Part shown: in pieces, positions 26,522 to 35,980 of the stretch
Position numbering within the stretch: position 1 is the stretch's first letter
Layout: the number at the start of each line of letters is the position of its first letter
Sequence record: HM035025
Length of the DNA: 64,000 nucleotides
Direction: 5' to 3' (one strand)
Origin: Shigella phage Shfl2
The notes under the pieces: generated by a model
What the model was told of the DNA's origin: nothing
What the model saw: only the letters and a program-made list of their open reading frames with translations
The model's database searches: none
Translations under genes and position numbers: made by a program

Positions 26522-26983
26522 TCATTGAGTTTTAATTACTGCTTTAGAAGCCTTTCCTGGTAAACGACGACTATTGATAATTGCCATCCTGCACTGAAGT
26601 GACGGGTCTTTGAACTTCGCATTAGGTTTACAAACTGTAAATCCAAGCCAAAGATTTCCATCTGTGATTTCTAAACGTCCAGGACGATATTCAACCCCAT
26701 CAATAAAATCCTCGTCAATGTCAGGACGCGGAGGCATACTTAGGAATTCATTAACTTCTAAAACATGGTCTTTTATTTTATGGAATAATTCAAAAACGTA
26801 TGTCTCATCAATCTCCCGTTGAATTGCGCGATCAAGAAGATGTTGAGAATATTTTAGATGAAACGATGAGACTCCTGCTGCTTTTGATGCCTCACGAATC
26901 TCATTGTTGATTTGACGAAACTCCGACTCAAAGTGACGACGAAGCTTATTTCGACGGATAAAAACTTCTGTGTTGATAGTCAT
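26522..26983 (-). CDS. regB: RegB site-specific endoribonuclease
   Basis: 153 aa; matches T4 RegB as recalled; preceded by an early promoter. Confidence 0.8.
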   Translation of the reverse strand: MTINTEVFIRRNKLRRHFESEFRQINNEIREASKAAGVSSFHLKYSQHLLDRAIQREIDETYVFELFHKIKDHVLEVNEFLSMPPRPDIDEDFIDGVEYRPGRLEITDGNLWLGFTVCKPNAKFKDPSLQCRMAIINSRRLPGKASKAVIKTQ

Positions 26984-27010
26984 GTTATTCTCCTCTTAAC
27001 TGATAGAAAA

Positions 27011-27040
27011 ATTATACCACAGTCAAGAGGAAAAGTAAAC
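27011..27040 (-). promoter_or_regulatory. Sigma70-type early promoter (-35 GTTTAC, extended -10 TGTGGTATAAT) upstream of regB
   Basis: Plus-strand attataccaca ... gtaaac. Confidence 0.6.
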
Positions 27041-27042
27041 AA

Positions 27043-27321
27043 TTATTCTTTAAATCTAATCAATTTATTCATAGACTTTGAAACTTCTGCACGAACCTCA
27101 TGTAGGTTTTTGAGTTGCTCAAGACGCTGCTCATAGTAAGCAATTTCATCTTCTTCGAGACAGTCCTGTGAATCTTCTTTAAGATAGCGTGCATAATCCT
27201 GGAAAGCGTTACGGACTACTTCCTGGAAGTCATCAAGACTTTGAATTTTCTTAGGAGCAACAGATACACGACGAGGGGCAGTATAATACTCATAACCAAA
27301 CCCTGCGCTTAATTGAGCCAT
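27043..27321 (-). CDS. Hypothetical protein (~92 aa from the ATG overlapping upstream stop; ORF track extends to 27363)
   Basis: ORF track; position of T4 vs.3. Confidence 0.45.
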   Translation of the reverse strand: MAQLSAGFGYEYYTAPRRVSVAPKKIQSLDDFQEVVRNAFQDYARYLKEDSQDCLEEDEIAYYEQRLEQLKNLHEVRAEVSKSMNKLIRFKE

Positions 27322-27587
27322 TAATATTTTTCCTCTGGTTGGAACACAGCACGACAAGCCCACATACTGGCTTCTTTGAGTTTCGTTTTAGCAATAGTTA
27401 ACTGATCGAGGCTTTCAGCATAATTCTTCGCGAATTCACAGTCTTCACAATTATCTAGTGCTTCCCAAAATTCATCGTATAAAGCATCAAAGATAAGTCC
27501 TAAACGAACTTCAGCATCTTTAATAGCATTCACTTTACCGATTTTCTCTTCAGTATGTGGCTTATAACCCTTAATATCTTCAATCAT
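27321..27587 (-). CDS. Hypothetical protein (88 aa) in the position of T4 vs.4; candidate Acb2-type cyclic-oligonucleotide sponge
   Basis: Third ORF upstream of regB; size similar to vs.4; assignment by synteny only. Confidence 0.45.
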   Translation of the reverse strand: MIEDIKGYKPHTEEKIGKVNAIKDAEVRLGLIFDALYDEFWEALDNCEDCEFAKNYAESLDQLTIAKTKLKEASMWACRAVFQPEEKY

Positions 27588-27801
27588 ATTTTACTTCCTC
27601 ACCAGTACCTAAATCATATTCAACTAAACGAATAGGCTCATGAATTCCATATCCTTGAACAGAAATTTCTGTCGTAGGATAAATTCCGTTAATATCGCCC
27701 ATGTTCCACGCTTCATTAAATTGCTGTTCGCCTGAATTACTAAACCATTCAGCGAAAGCATTTAGCACATCTTCAGAACCTTCAATAATTATCTTTGCCA
27801 T
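27580..27801 (-). CDS. Hypothetical protein (73 aa)
   Basis: ORF track. Confidence 0.45.
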   Translation of the reverse strand: MAKIIIEGSEDVLNAFAEWFSNSGEQQFNEAWNMGDINGIYPTTEISVQGYGIHEPIRLVEYDLGTGEEVKYD

Positions 27802-28163
27802 TACAGGCTCTCAGTAAAGGTACGAGCGATAACGTCGCGCTGCTGTTCCGGAGTCAGAGAGTTAAAGCGAACTGCATAACCGGATACACGGATGGTCAGC
27901 TGCGGATATTTTTCCGGATGCTTAACTGCATCTTCCAGAGTTTCACGACGCAGAACGTTTACGTTCAGGTGTTGACCACCTTCAATTTTAACCGTAGGTT
28001 GTGTTTCAATTTCAATTTCACGGGCATACAAACCATAGAAAATTTCTGGGTCTACAAAAGAGTCCTCTTTAAAAGTTTTAGAGACAATAATTCTTACTTG
28101 AATACCGTCTTCAAAATAAATAGTACCTTTATGCGTGCCTTCAAGAATTTGATATGCTTTCAT
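27801..28163 (-). CDS. Autonomous glycyl-radical cofactor (GrcA/YfiD-like)
   Basis: C-terminal 75 residues near-identical to E. coli GrcA as recalled ([61 protein letters not shown]) including the glycyl-radical RVSGY site. Confidence 0.85.
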   Translation of the reverse strand: MKAYQILEGTHKGTIYFEDGIQVRIIVSKTFKEDSFVDPEIFYGLYAREIEIETQPTVKIEGGQHLNVNVLRRETLEDAVKHPEKYPQLTIRVSGYAVRFNSLTPEQQRDVIARTFTESL

Positions 28164-28170
28164 ATAAACC

Positions 28171-28500
28171 TCAATTAGAAAATAAATTTATCCAAGATTG
28201 TTCTTTAATTAAAAATGGCTCAGAATCATATGCCATTAAACTTTGTGTAATTAGTCCTTTAAAAGGCCCATCAATAAATTCCATGGTAAAATATGGAATT
28301 TTATTCATTAGCCGTGCATTAGGAGCCGTGCACAAAACTCTGCATCCTTTGAATACGCCTTTTTGTAATTTGTATTGCTTAAGATAAAATTCGCTCAAAA
28401 TGTTATTTTTTGCCAAAATTTCAAAATGATTCACCAATTTATTTTTAATAGTTTTTGGCGAAAAATAAAGATATTCGAAAAGTTGCGAATCTGTCATCAT
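28171..28500 (-). CDS. Hypothetical protein (~109 aa; ORF track extends to 28551)
   Basis: Tandem ATGs at 28500/28497 overlap the stop of the upstream gene. Confidence 0.45.
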   Translation of the reverse strand: MMTDSQLFEYLYFSPKTIKNKLVNHFEILAKNNILSEFYLKQYKLQKGVFKGCRVLCTAPNARLMNKIPYFTMEFIDGPFKGLITQSLMAYDSEPFLIKEQSWINLFSN

Positions 28501-29084
28501 TGCATTCCAATCACAAAAAATTGAGGACGAGTAATACCACCAATGCAACATTTACTATTGCAGCAGTACTGTACAGTGTCAATATGAGCATCATAAATCT
28601 TATCCATATCAGGAGATTTGACAGGCTCATCAATTATATACAAAATTCGCGAAAGCGATAAACCTCTGAACTTGCTTCCTTTATTACCAATAAAACTGCG
28701 CACAGAATCAGTAAATAAGCGGAATCGAATATCATCATTAGAATAACGCGAAAATTCCTTTTTAATGTTATTTGCAGAAATTTTAGCGTAAGCTGAAGTA
28801 TTAGAAAGAACAATAACTGTTCCGCCATCATACAACCAATTAGCAGCAAAGTTAGTCACAGCAATTGATTTACCGGATTGACGTCCACCATCTAGTCGAA
28901 GTGTACAATACTGTTTAAGTAAGTCTTCAAATGATAGGATATAATCGTTTTTACAAATTTCTTCTACTCTAGCATCAGAATGGTGTGTAAAAGCATTCAT
29001 CAGGATAGATAAGGACCAGTTAAAAATGTTCTCATTTCTTCTCTCTCTAAGTTTGGGCCATTCCATGGCGCATGAATTGTCCAT
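28497..29084 (-). CDS. Small P-loop NTPase (up to 195 aa; true start uncertain, possibly Met at 29000)
   Basis: Walker A GGRQSGKS and Walker B ILYIIDEP; ORF 5' end overlaps an 80-bp repeat and no clear SD at any candidate start. Confidence 0.45.
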   Translation of the reverse strand: MDNSCAMEWPKLRERRNENIFNWSLSILMNAFTHHSDARVEEICKNDYILSFEDLLKQYCTLRLDGGRQSGKSIAVTNFAANWLYDGGTVIVLSNTSAYAKISANNIKKEFSRYSNDDIRFRLFTDSVRSFIGNKGSKFRGLSLSRILYIIDEPVKSPDMDKIYDAHIDTVQYCCNSKCCIGGITRPQFFVIGMQ

Positions 29085-29127
29085 TTCTGTATTTACCCAT
29101 TACCGCACTTGGGCTCGACCTTATTAC
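29048..29127. repeat. ~80-bp direct repeat, copy A (degenerate hairpin), 3' of the ipII-locus gene
   Basis: About 75% identical by eye to copy B at 29697-29776. Confidence 0.6.
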
Positions 29128-29189
29128 AGGTTGGCGGGAATCCCTCACAAAATCATGAGGTCCAGGTTGTTCCCATATTTCTTATTTGC

Positions 29190-29663
29190 TTATTTGAACG
29201 ATTTAACGTACTGAATAGAACCTTTACTATTCACGAAAGCGATTTTACCATTTTTATTATACATGGTAGCAGTACGCTGATAGCCGTAAGTTTGCTTACC
29301 AGATTGATAACCAACTAATGCAAAATTATCTTCACCCATTTTATTCTGTTTAGCGCGAATGCGTTCATGACCATGTGCCATAAGAACCTTAGCATCACCA
29401 GTTGCAATGGATCGACGAGTTTTTTCATCTTCAACTGTATTAACAAAGTCGTCAAATGAATCAAATTTAGCGTGAGATTTATTATACAGTTTTCCATCTA
29501 CTGCATAATTATATCCCTGTACATCCATCTCAACTTCTGTACCATCATCCAATACAGCAGTGATTTTCTGTCCTTTTTTAAATTTCAAAAGATCAGTAAA
29601 AGATTCAGCAATAATTTGAGAATTAATAGCTGCTTCAGTAATAAATTCTTGATATGTTTTCAT
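29190..29663 (-). CDS. Internal protein with capsid-targeting sequence (ipII locus; 157 aa)
   Basis: N-terminus MKTYQEFITE|AA with the (L/I)xE prohead-protease site; directly downstream of ipIII. Confidence 0.65.
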   Translation of the reverse strand: MKTYQEFITEAAINSQIIAESFTDLLKFKKGQKITAVLDDGTEVEMDVQGYNYAVDGKLYNKSHAKFDSFDDFVNTVEDEKTRRSIATGDAKVLMAHGHERIRAKQNKMGEDNFALVGYQSGKQTYGYQRTATMYNKNGKIAFVNSKGSIQYVKSFK

Positions 29664-29696
29664 GTGTTTCCTTTAAATGTAAATAGTTTTATTCTT

Positions 29697-29776
29697 TAAG
29701 TTTGGGACAATTCGCACGCATGAATTGTCCGTTTCTATATTTATCTATTACCGGGTTCGAACTCGGCTTTATTAAG
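29697..29776. repeat. ~80-bp direct repeat, copy B, with perfect 9-bp hairpin GGACAATTC..GAATTGTCC, between ipIII and the ipII-locus gene
   Basis: Overlaps ipIII stop codon. Confidence 0.6.
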
Positions 29777-30350
29777 AATTACCACGGGCTGCATTAGCAA
29801 CGGCATACGCGTACTGAACATTAGCGTCTTTAAACGTACCTTTAGAGGTATCTATTTCTGCCTTAAAGCCGCCTTTAGTCATAACATCGGCAAATTCTTT
29901 ACGGAAAGCCATTGCATCAAGACCTTTCCATGATGATTTATGCTTGGCGAATTCAAGACCAGCGTAGTTGACAGCCTTAGCTAATTTATTATCAATAACC
30001 CATTTACCAGCTTTAGGCACAAACTTCGGGCCTTTCTGTTTAGAGAACAGTTTTAAATTCCAGCGGCGAAGGTCACTGTCGGCTTTAACAAAAGCTGCGT
30101 CTAAGTTACTAGCAACAACATCTTCAATATGAGCAAATTTAAGTCCGTCAACTTCAATATTTAGATCGGTACGCCAGCGAAGTCCTTCCCAAGCGAAGGC
30201 TTTAAAATCGGAAGCTTTTGTAGCTAAGTATCGTTCAATAGGGGCTGTTTTAGGGTCAAAGCCGTTTCCTCGGTAAGTCCACTCGTCTTTATTAATGCCT
30301 TTGGCCTTTTCAACAGAAGCTTCAGCGATAAATTCTTTATACGTTTTCAT
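29772..30350 (-). CDS. ipIII: Internal protein III
   Basis: 192 aa; N-terminal CTS MKTYKEFIAE; near-identical to T4 IPIII as recalled. Confidence 0.85.
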   Translation of the reverse strand: MKTYKEFIAEASVEKAKGINKDEWTYRGNGFDPKTAPIERYLATKASDFKAFAWEGLRWRTDLNIEVDGLKFAHIEDVVASNLDAAFVKADSDLRRWNLKLFSKQKGPKFVPKAGKWVIDNKLAKAVNYAGLEFAKHKSSWKGLDAMAFRKEFADVMTKGGFKAEIDTSKGTFKDANVQYAYAVANAARGNS

Positions 30351-30387
30351 GTGTTTCCTTTAAATATTTTAATTAGTAACTGTGAAT

Positions 30388-30417
30388 ATACTATCACAGT
30401 TCCAAGAGAAAGTAAAC
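30388..30417 (-). promoter_or_regulatory. Early promoter cassette (-35 GTTTAC, -10 TAGTAT) with AACTGTGA..TCACAGTT stem-loop, upstream of ipIII
   Basis: Between e and ipIII. Confidence 0.55.
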
Positions 30418-30421
30418 AACT

Positions 30422-31390
<969 letters not shown>

Positions 31391-31409
<19 letters not shown>

Positions 31410-31879
31410 TCAGTGATAAAGTTATTTAAATTTTGAGCATATTTCTTTTCATCAAAAATCTTTTGTTGTCTGCGTAACCGCCATGGCATTTCAATGAACA
31501 TGCGCCATATTCCTGATAATACTGCTACTGTAAAAATATTAACAAGTATAGTTAAAAGAACCCAATCTCCTATTCTGTCCATTGGATTTTTTATAAAAAA
31601 GTAAAATACGAACGATGATATAGGAAGACTAATGATATACCACAGAAGAACCTTCTTATCTGTGAACCAATCAGCATTCGTTAACTTAGCGCGACCATTT
31701 TGAATACACACGAATTTATCATCTGTTACAGTAAATGGCTTAGCTGCTTGATATCCCATTCTAAACTCCCTAATTAATCGTTTCTTTGTATCTTCGGAAC
31801 AACCATTCCAGTCAACTCTATCAACTGGAATGCCATCATCCCCATCATCTAAATCGTACCAGCGAGTTTTTAAAATCAT
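31391..31879 (-). CDS. Membrane protein (162 aa) with C-terminal F-I-T-E-C-R-K motif
   Basis: Two TM helices; C-terminal NFITECRKLK shared with the next three genes. Confidence 0.5.
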
Positions 31880-32238
31880 TTAATTTTCCTGCAATCGCTC
31901 ACAAACTCTTTCATTGATTCATTTTCAATATAAGACATGTAGCTATTATATTCTTTTAATTGTATTTTGTAATCTTTTTTTCTTTGCCAATTTATTTTAA
32001 AGTTATCATAATGAAAATATAACATTGTACCAAAGAATGAAAATAATGAAATCGCTATAGTAAAACGAAGTTCACTCCAAACTTCTATTATATTTACTGT
32101 GCCGTCAATGTTTAAAATAAGACAGTCAATTAACAATCCAAAAAGACTACCCGCAAGAGCTGCAGCCAACGCCACAGCAAAAATCAAAAATGACTCAGGA
32201 AGCGAATATTTGACTTTATTTAGTTTTGGCTTTTGCAT
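31876..32238 (-). CDS. Membrane protein (120 aa) with C-terminal F-V-S-D-C-R-K motif
   Basis: TM helices; C-terminal EFVSDCRKIK. Confidence 0.5.
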   Translation of the reverse strand: MQKPKLNKVKYSLPESFLIFAVALAAALAGSLFGLLIDCLILNIDGTVNIIEVWSELRFTIAISLFSFFGTMLYFHYDNFKINWQRKKDYKIQLKEYNSYMSYIENESMKEFVSDCRKIK

Positions 32239-32633
32239 CGTGATTCCTTAACAAATTTCATAATTTCATTAAATTCATACATATCAAGTTTAAGCTGATG
32301 TTCCTTTTTAATCTTTTTACACTGTGCTTTCCAATCACGTACGCGTTTACGATAATGTCTTCCTTGATACCAGTATCCTACCCAATTTACGGGTACTAAT
32401 AAAAGTGGAACTACCAATGGAAGAATTAGCATTAACACAAGTATTTCGCCAGAATCAATATCAGTCATAACATCTAAAACACCTCCAATAATCAATAGAA
32501 TTACAAATGATATAAGTATAACAGGACCTATTAATACATCAGTAGAAATTATCTGACGCTTTAATTCATACTTCAAAGGTTTACTTGGAAGGTATAGTGA
32601 TGGTTTTGACATATTCTCTGCATTCCTTAACAA
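32220..32633 (-). CDS. Membrane protein (137 aa) with C-terminal F-V-K-E-S-R-C-K motif
   Basis: TM helices; C-terminal KFVKESRCKSQN. Confidence 0.5.
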   Translation of the reverse strand: MLRNAENMSKPSLYLPSKPLKYELKRQIISTDVLIGPVILISFVILLIIGGVLDVMTDIDSGEILVLMLILPLVVPLLLVPVNWVGYWYQGRHYRKRVRDWKAQCKKIKKEHQLKLDMYEFNEIMKFVKESRCKSQN

Positions 32634-33189
32634 ATTTTTCTAATAATAAATCGCTTTCAAAATTGGGATTTTCTACGAATTTATCAAAAAGATCATCAAC
32701 AATATTCAAGATATTCCTTTTACTAAGAATACGTTTATTTTCATGCTTCGTTTCAGAGTCAACTATAAGAGTAAAGAAATATTTCTTTCCCTGAAATTTT
32801 ACCGTAGTATCAATATAAAATAAATTTGACTTTTGTAAATTACGTTTAAACCATGCGTCGCTTAAACTATAAACACCGAGATAATCAAAATCGTCGTTTA
32901 AATAACAAACTGACCATTCAGGAGAAACAAAATCAGTAAATTCAACGTCAAAATCACATGTTAATAAATGAATTGATTCAATACTGTTAATAAGTATTCC
33001 AGGACGTATTAAAGACTTTTTACCTCTAGAAAATCTTCCAGAAAGACTTTCATCAGTTTCATATGAAGAACCCCAATAATAATTACGTCCTTCTGCCATA
33101 CGTTTAAGAGCATTTAATAATTGATCTGGAACATCAACCTGTCTTTGGAACTCTTCAAACATTGAATTAAAATCACTTTGCATTTTCAT
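32581..33189 (-). CDS. Hypothetical protein (202 aa) with F-V-K-E-C-R motif near C-terminus
   Basis: EKFVKECREYVK near C-terminus. Confidence 0.5.
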   Translation of the reverse strand: MKMQSDFNSMFEEFQRQVDVPDQLLNALKRMAEGRNYYWGSSYETDESLSGRFSRGKKSLIRPGILINSIESIHLLTCDFDVEFTDFVSPEWSVCYLNDDFDYLGVYSLSDAWFKRNLQKSNLFYIDTTVKFQGKKYFFTLIVDSETKHENKRILSKRNILNIVDDLFDKFVENPNFESDLLLEKFVKECREYVKTITIPSK

Positions 33190-33200
33190 TCCTATTTACT

Positions 33201-33224
33201 CTAAGTAATAGGGGCCGAAGCCCC
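33201..33224 (-). terminator. Stem-loop (GGGGC-UUCG-GCCCC), weak terminator or RNA-stability element
   Basis: Perfect hairpin 3' of the 33231..33824 gene; no strong U-run. Confidence 0.4.
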
Positions 33225-33230
33225 TTATCA

Positions 33231-33824
33231 TTATTTCAGAGAATTAATATATTCCTGAACATCGGCAGAGGTAGTTTCAACCCCAGAAATATTACCATTA
33301 AAGGTTTCAACTCGAGCAAGTGTGTCTTCAATATCAACCTTAGTCAGTGCTGCAATTTCAACTACATCATCGGCAGTACTAATTCCGAGAGCATTTGCTG
33401 CACGAGTTTCACGGATATATTCCAATTTAATTGCAAGTTCTTGGCGAGCATCATCTAACTCAACTACTTTCTTGGCGATTTCAATTCGCATTTCAGCATA
33501 ACCATCAGCTTTAGTAGTCAACTGTTCAGCTGTTCGACGATATAGCAAACCGAGTTTAGCATGCATTGTTACATCTTGACCTTCGGAAAGAAGCTTGCGA
33601 ATTTCACGCTCTTTTGATTCGGCCTGCTTATTCTTTTCGACAATAAGTTCACGAATGCGTTTTTCTTCGTTAATAGATTTAACGGAAGCAGTTTTTAGGT
33701 CTTTAATCTTATCAAGTAGTTTTGCTGCCGCAGCAGTATACTGCTCTTCAACAGATAGATTTTTAGCCATAGCAGAACCAAGTTTAGTGCGAATAAACTC
33801 AACAATTTTCTTCAGTGTGTTCAT
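33231..33824 (-). CDS. Coiled-coil protein (197 aa), possibly PspA/IM30-like
   Basis: Charged heptad-rich sequence throughout; family assignment tentative. Confidence 0.5.
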   Translation of the reverse strand: MNTLKKIVEFIRTKLGSAMAKNLSVEEQYTAAAAKLLDKIKDLKTASVKSINEEKRIRELIVEKNKQAESKEREIRKLLSEGQDVTMHAKLGLLYRRTAEQLTTKADGYAEMRIEIAKKVVELDDARQELAIKLEYIRETRAANALGISTADDVVEIAALTKVDIEDTLARVETFNGNISGVETTSADVQEYINSLK

Positions 33825-34113
33825 AGTATTTCCTTAGGTTAATTAAGATTTAAAATCCACGAGAGTATTATACTCCGGATAGTTTGTAAACTATTTCAAC
33901 ATCGCCTTTTGCTGCTTTATAACCTTCAGCCCAAGATACAACCGAGTTTTTATCCGAAGATTCAAATTCTGGCATTGGGCTTTCGCCAATGTTCACACAA
34001 TATGTTTCTTCATTTTCGTCAAACCAAATAATTAAAGTAGTCATTTATTTCTCCGTTTTCTGTATTTGTTTTGATAAGTCTATAATAACACCGTCCTTGG
34101 TGTTTGTACACAA

Positions 34114-34389
34114 TTATTTCATATTATTGAAATATTCTTCTGCGATTTCATCGTTATCATGGTAAACTTTAGAAGACAGTTTAACATAACCTTCAGCAGT
34201 GAACATGTTAATCACAACCTTTACAGTATACCACTGACCGTCTTCATTACCCATTACTGCGTAAGTTTCAAACATCGGATGATCAGGACCGATAACTTTA
34301 ATATCATTCACCGTACGACCGAAATCTTCTGAAACACATTTCATAAAGAAGTTGAACAGTTCGCCGTAATTATCCATTTCATTCTCCAA
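34114..34389 (-). CDS. Hypothetical protein (91 aa)
   Basis: ORF track; preceded by an early promoter. Confidence 0.5.
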   Translation of the reverse strand: MENEMDNYGELFNFFMKCVSEDFGRTVNDIKVIGPDHPMFETYAVMGNEDGQWYTVKVVINMFTAEGYVKLSSKVYHDNDEIAEEYFNNMK

Positions 34390-34420
34390 GTTGTTTTCTG
34401 TATCAGTAGTTGATAGTTGT

Positions 34421-34450
34421 ATAATACCATGGAAGAACAGGGATGTAAAC
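34421..34450 (-). promoter_or_regulatory. Early promoter cassette (-35 GTTTAC, -10 TATTAT)
   Basis: Member of repeated promoter family. Confidence 0.55.
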
Positions 34451-34582
34451 AGTTTTGTGAAAAAAAATTTTAAAGGTTTTGGGGAATTCTAGGGCAGAGA
34501 GGGGAAATCAAAGGATAGGATAATATATTATAAAGGGTAGAAACTAAATGATGTCTAGAGAGGCCTGGAAAGGCCTAGATAC

Positions 34583-34610
34583 CAAAAATCCCTATCATTT
34601 AGATAGGGAT
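34583..34610 (-). terminator. Rho-independent terminator (AUCCCUAUC-UAAAU-GAUAGGGAU + U-run)
   Basis: Perfect 9-bp stem followed by T-run, 3' of the 34617..35183 gene. Confidence 0.65.
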
Positions 34611-34616
34611 TTAAAA

Positions 34617-35183
34617 TTATTTACCCAGTTTAGTTATTATAGCTTCGGCAGCAGCTTTTAGCTTAGATGCAGTGTTAATACGATTTTTAATTTCAGTATA
34701 CGCATCGCCAAGAACATCAAGGCTATCTGAATAAACACTTACACTATTGCGTTCACTATTTGAAATAGAACCTTTAGTTTTACGATCAAAATCGGTGTAC
34801 ACGTCTTGAAGATCGCGGGCTGCCTTCTTTGCATCATCCAATGCATCAAGAGCTTTATTCAAAGCATTAACATATTTTTTAGTGTCAAACATATTCTTAG
34901 AAATTTTGACGGGTGCGCGTTCAGGAGTAGCTAAGGCAGATTTAGGAAGAACCTGTTTGCCAGATGCCAGTTTCTTAGAAATTTTAAAAAACGCTTTATT
35001 GAAATTATTTTCTTGACTCATCGTAAAAGAACTATTATCAATGTTATACATTTCAATAGCTTTAGCTTTCCACTTAAGAAAATCGCCCCGGTCTTTTGGG
35101 TCCAAGTGGAAGAATACTTTAGTAAGTTCTGCTTCAGATGGTAATTTTGCTGCTTCGGTTAAAAATTCGGCATAGGTTTTCAT
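34617..35183 (-). CDS. Capsid-targeted internal-protein-like protein (188 aa)
   Basis: N-terminus MKTYAEFLTE|AAK with the same CTS/protease-site pattern as ipII/ipIII. Confidence 0.6.
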   Translation of the reverse strand: MKTYAEFLTEAAKLPSEAELTKVFFHLDPKDRGDFLKWKAKAIEMYNIDNSSFTMSQENNFNKAFFKISKKLASGKQVLPKSALATPERAPVKISKNMFDTKKYVNALNKALDALDDAKKAARDLQDVYTDFDRKTKGSISNSERNSVSVYSDSLDVLGDAYTEIKNRINTASKLKAAAEAIITKLGK

Positions 35184-35275
35184 TTAAAATCCTTGAAATA
35201 ATTTATCGGTCGGTTATTAATTATTTATTTATTACTTTGTTATTATCCGTAACAGCATTCTCTATGTGATTCAAA

Positions 35276-35305
35276 CTAAAAAGCCCCAACCTTTCGGTCG
35301 GGGCT
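35276..35305 (-). terminator. Rho-independent terminator (GCCCCGACC-GAAA-GGUUGGGGC + U-run) ending the small-RNA region
   Basis: Strong hairpin with GAAA loop followed by TTTTT on the minus strand. Confidence 0.7.
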
Positions 35306-35610
35306 AAGCCTTGCGGCAACCTTGTCGGGGTTCCACCTGCTAAGGCAAGTGTTTGTACGAAACGCCGGGATTCGAACCCGGTTATTAAGCAGTTGACGCT
35401 ACTCAATATTTTTAAAAGGCCATATCTCGACCATATCCGAACGTTCCGTCAAAAACGCTACTCGGCTTATGGCAAAGATATTTCCTCGAATCGATAATTC
35501 GGTGCGCCGTTTCTGCTGTGATAGTAAAGAATCAGAACACAGTAAAACTGTGGGAGAAACTATACTCCAGGGAACATCAGTCCGACGACTTACCGGTAGC
35601 GACCCGGCTT
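35306..35610 (-). ncRNA. Probable stable small RNA(s) with tRNA-like T-arm and acceptor pairing (resembles the T4 RNA C/D region)
   Basis: No coherent ORF; perfect T-arm CCGGG-TTCGAAT-CCCGG; 8-bp acceptor-like pairing ACGGAACG/CGTTTCGT; GC-rich. Confidence 0.4.
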
Positions 35611-35611
35611 C

Positions 35612-35962
35612 TTAATATTCTTTTAAAGCATCAATATGTTCACGGCGTTTACGCCATAAATCAATTGCTTCATACGCGGATTCAACATTTCGAATTGGAC
35701 GGCATTTATATAAAGATTTGTGATTTTGATATTGTGTAGATAACGGAATTTTATCTAAAAGGTCTTTACGTTCAAAATATTCGTAACCATCTAAACCAAA
35801 TGAACGATTTTTGAGAAATTGCCAATGACCATATTCATTTTCAACATAAATATAATCTGCGTGCTGATAAAGCAAATTAATTATACGTTCAGAAATAACA
35901 GTATCATTATGATTAAAATAGAATGTTAAATCATGAACTACTAAATAAACATTACCTTTCAT
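35612..35962 (-). CDS. Hypothetical protein (~116 aa; ORF track start at 36010 lies inside tRNA-Arg)
   Basis: ATG at 35962 with SD GTGAGGAAAA, just 3' of tRNA-Arg. Confidence 0.5.
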   Translation of the reverse strand: MKGNVYLVVHDLTFYFNHNDTVISERIINLLYQHADYIYVENEYGHWQFLKNRSFGLDGYEYFERKDLLDKIPLSTQYQNHKSLYKCRPIRNVESAYEAIDLWRKRREHIDALKEY

Positions 35963-35980
35963 ATTTTCCTCACTTATAAT

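Noticed and set aside
28634-29214. ORFs 28634-28849 (minus, alternate frame) and 29026-29214 (plus)
   Set aside because: Nested in or antisense to the P-loop NTPase gene and the repeat element; no independent support.
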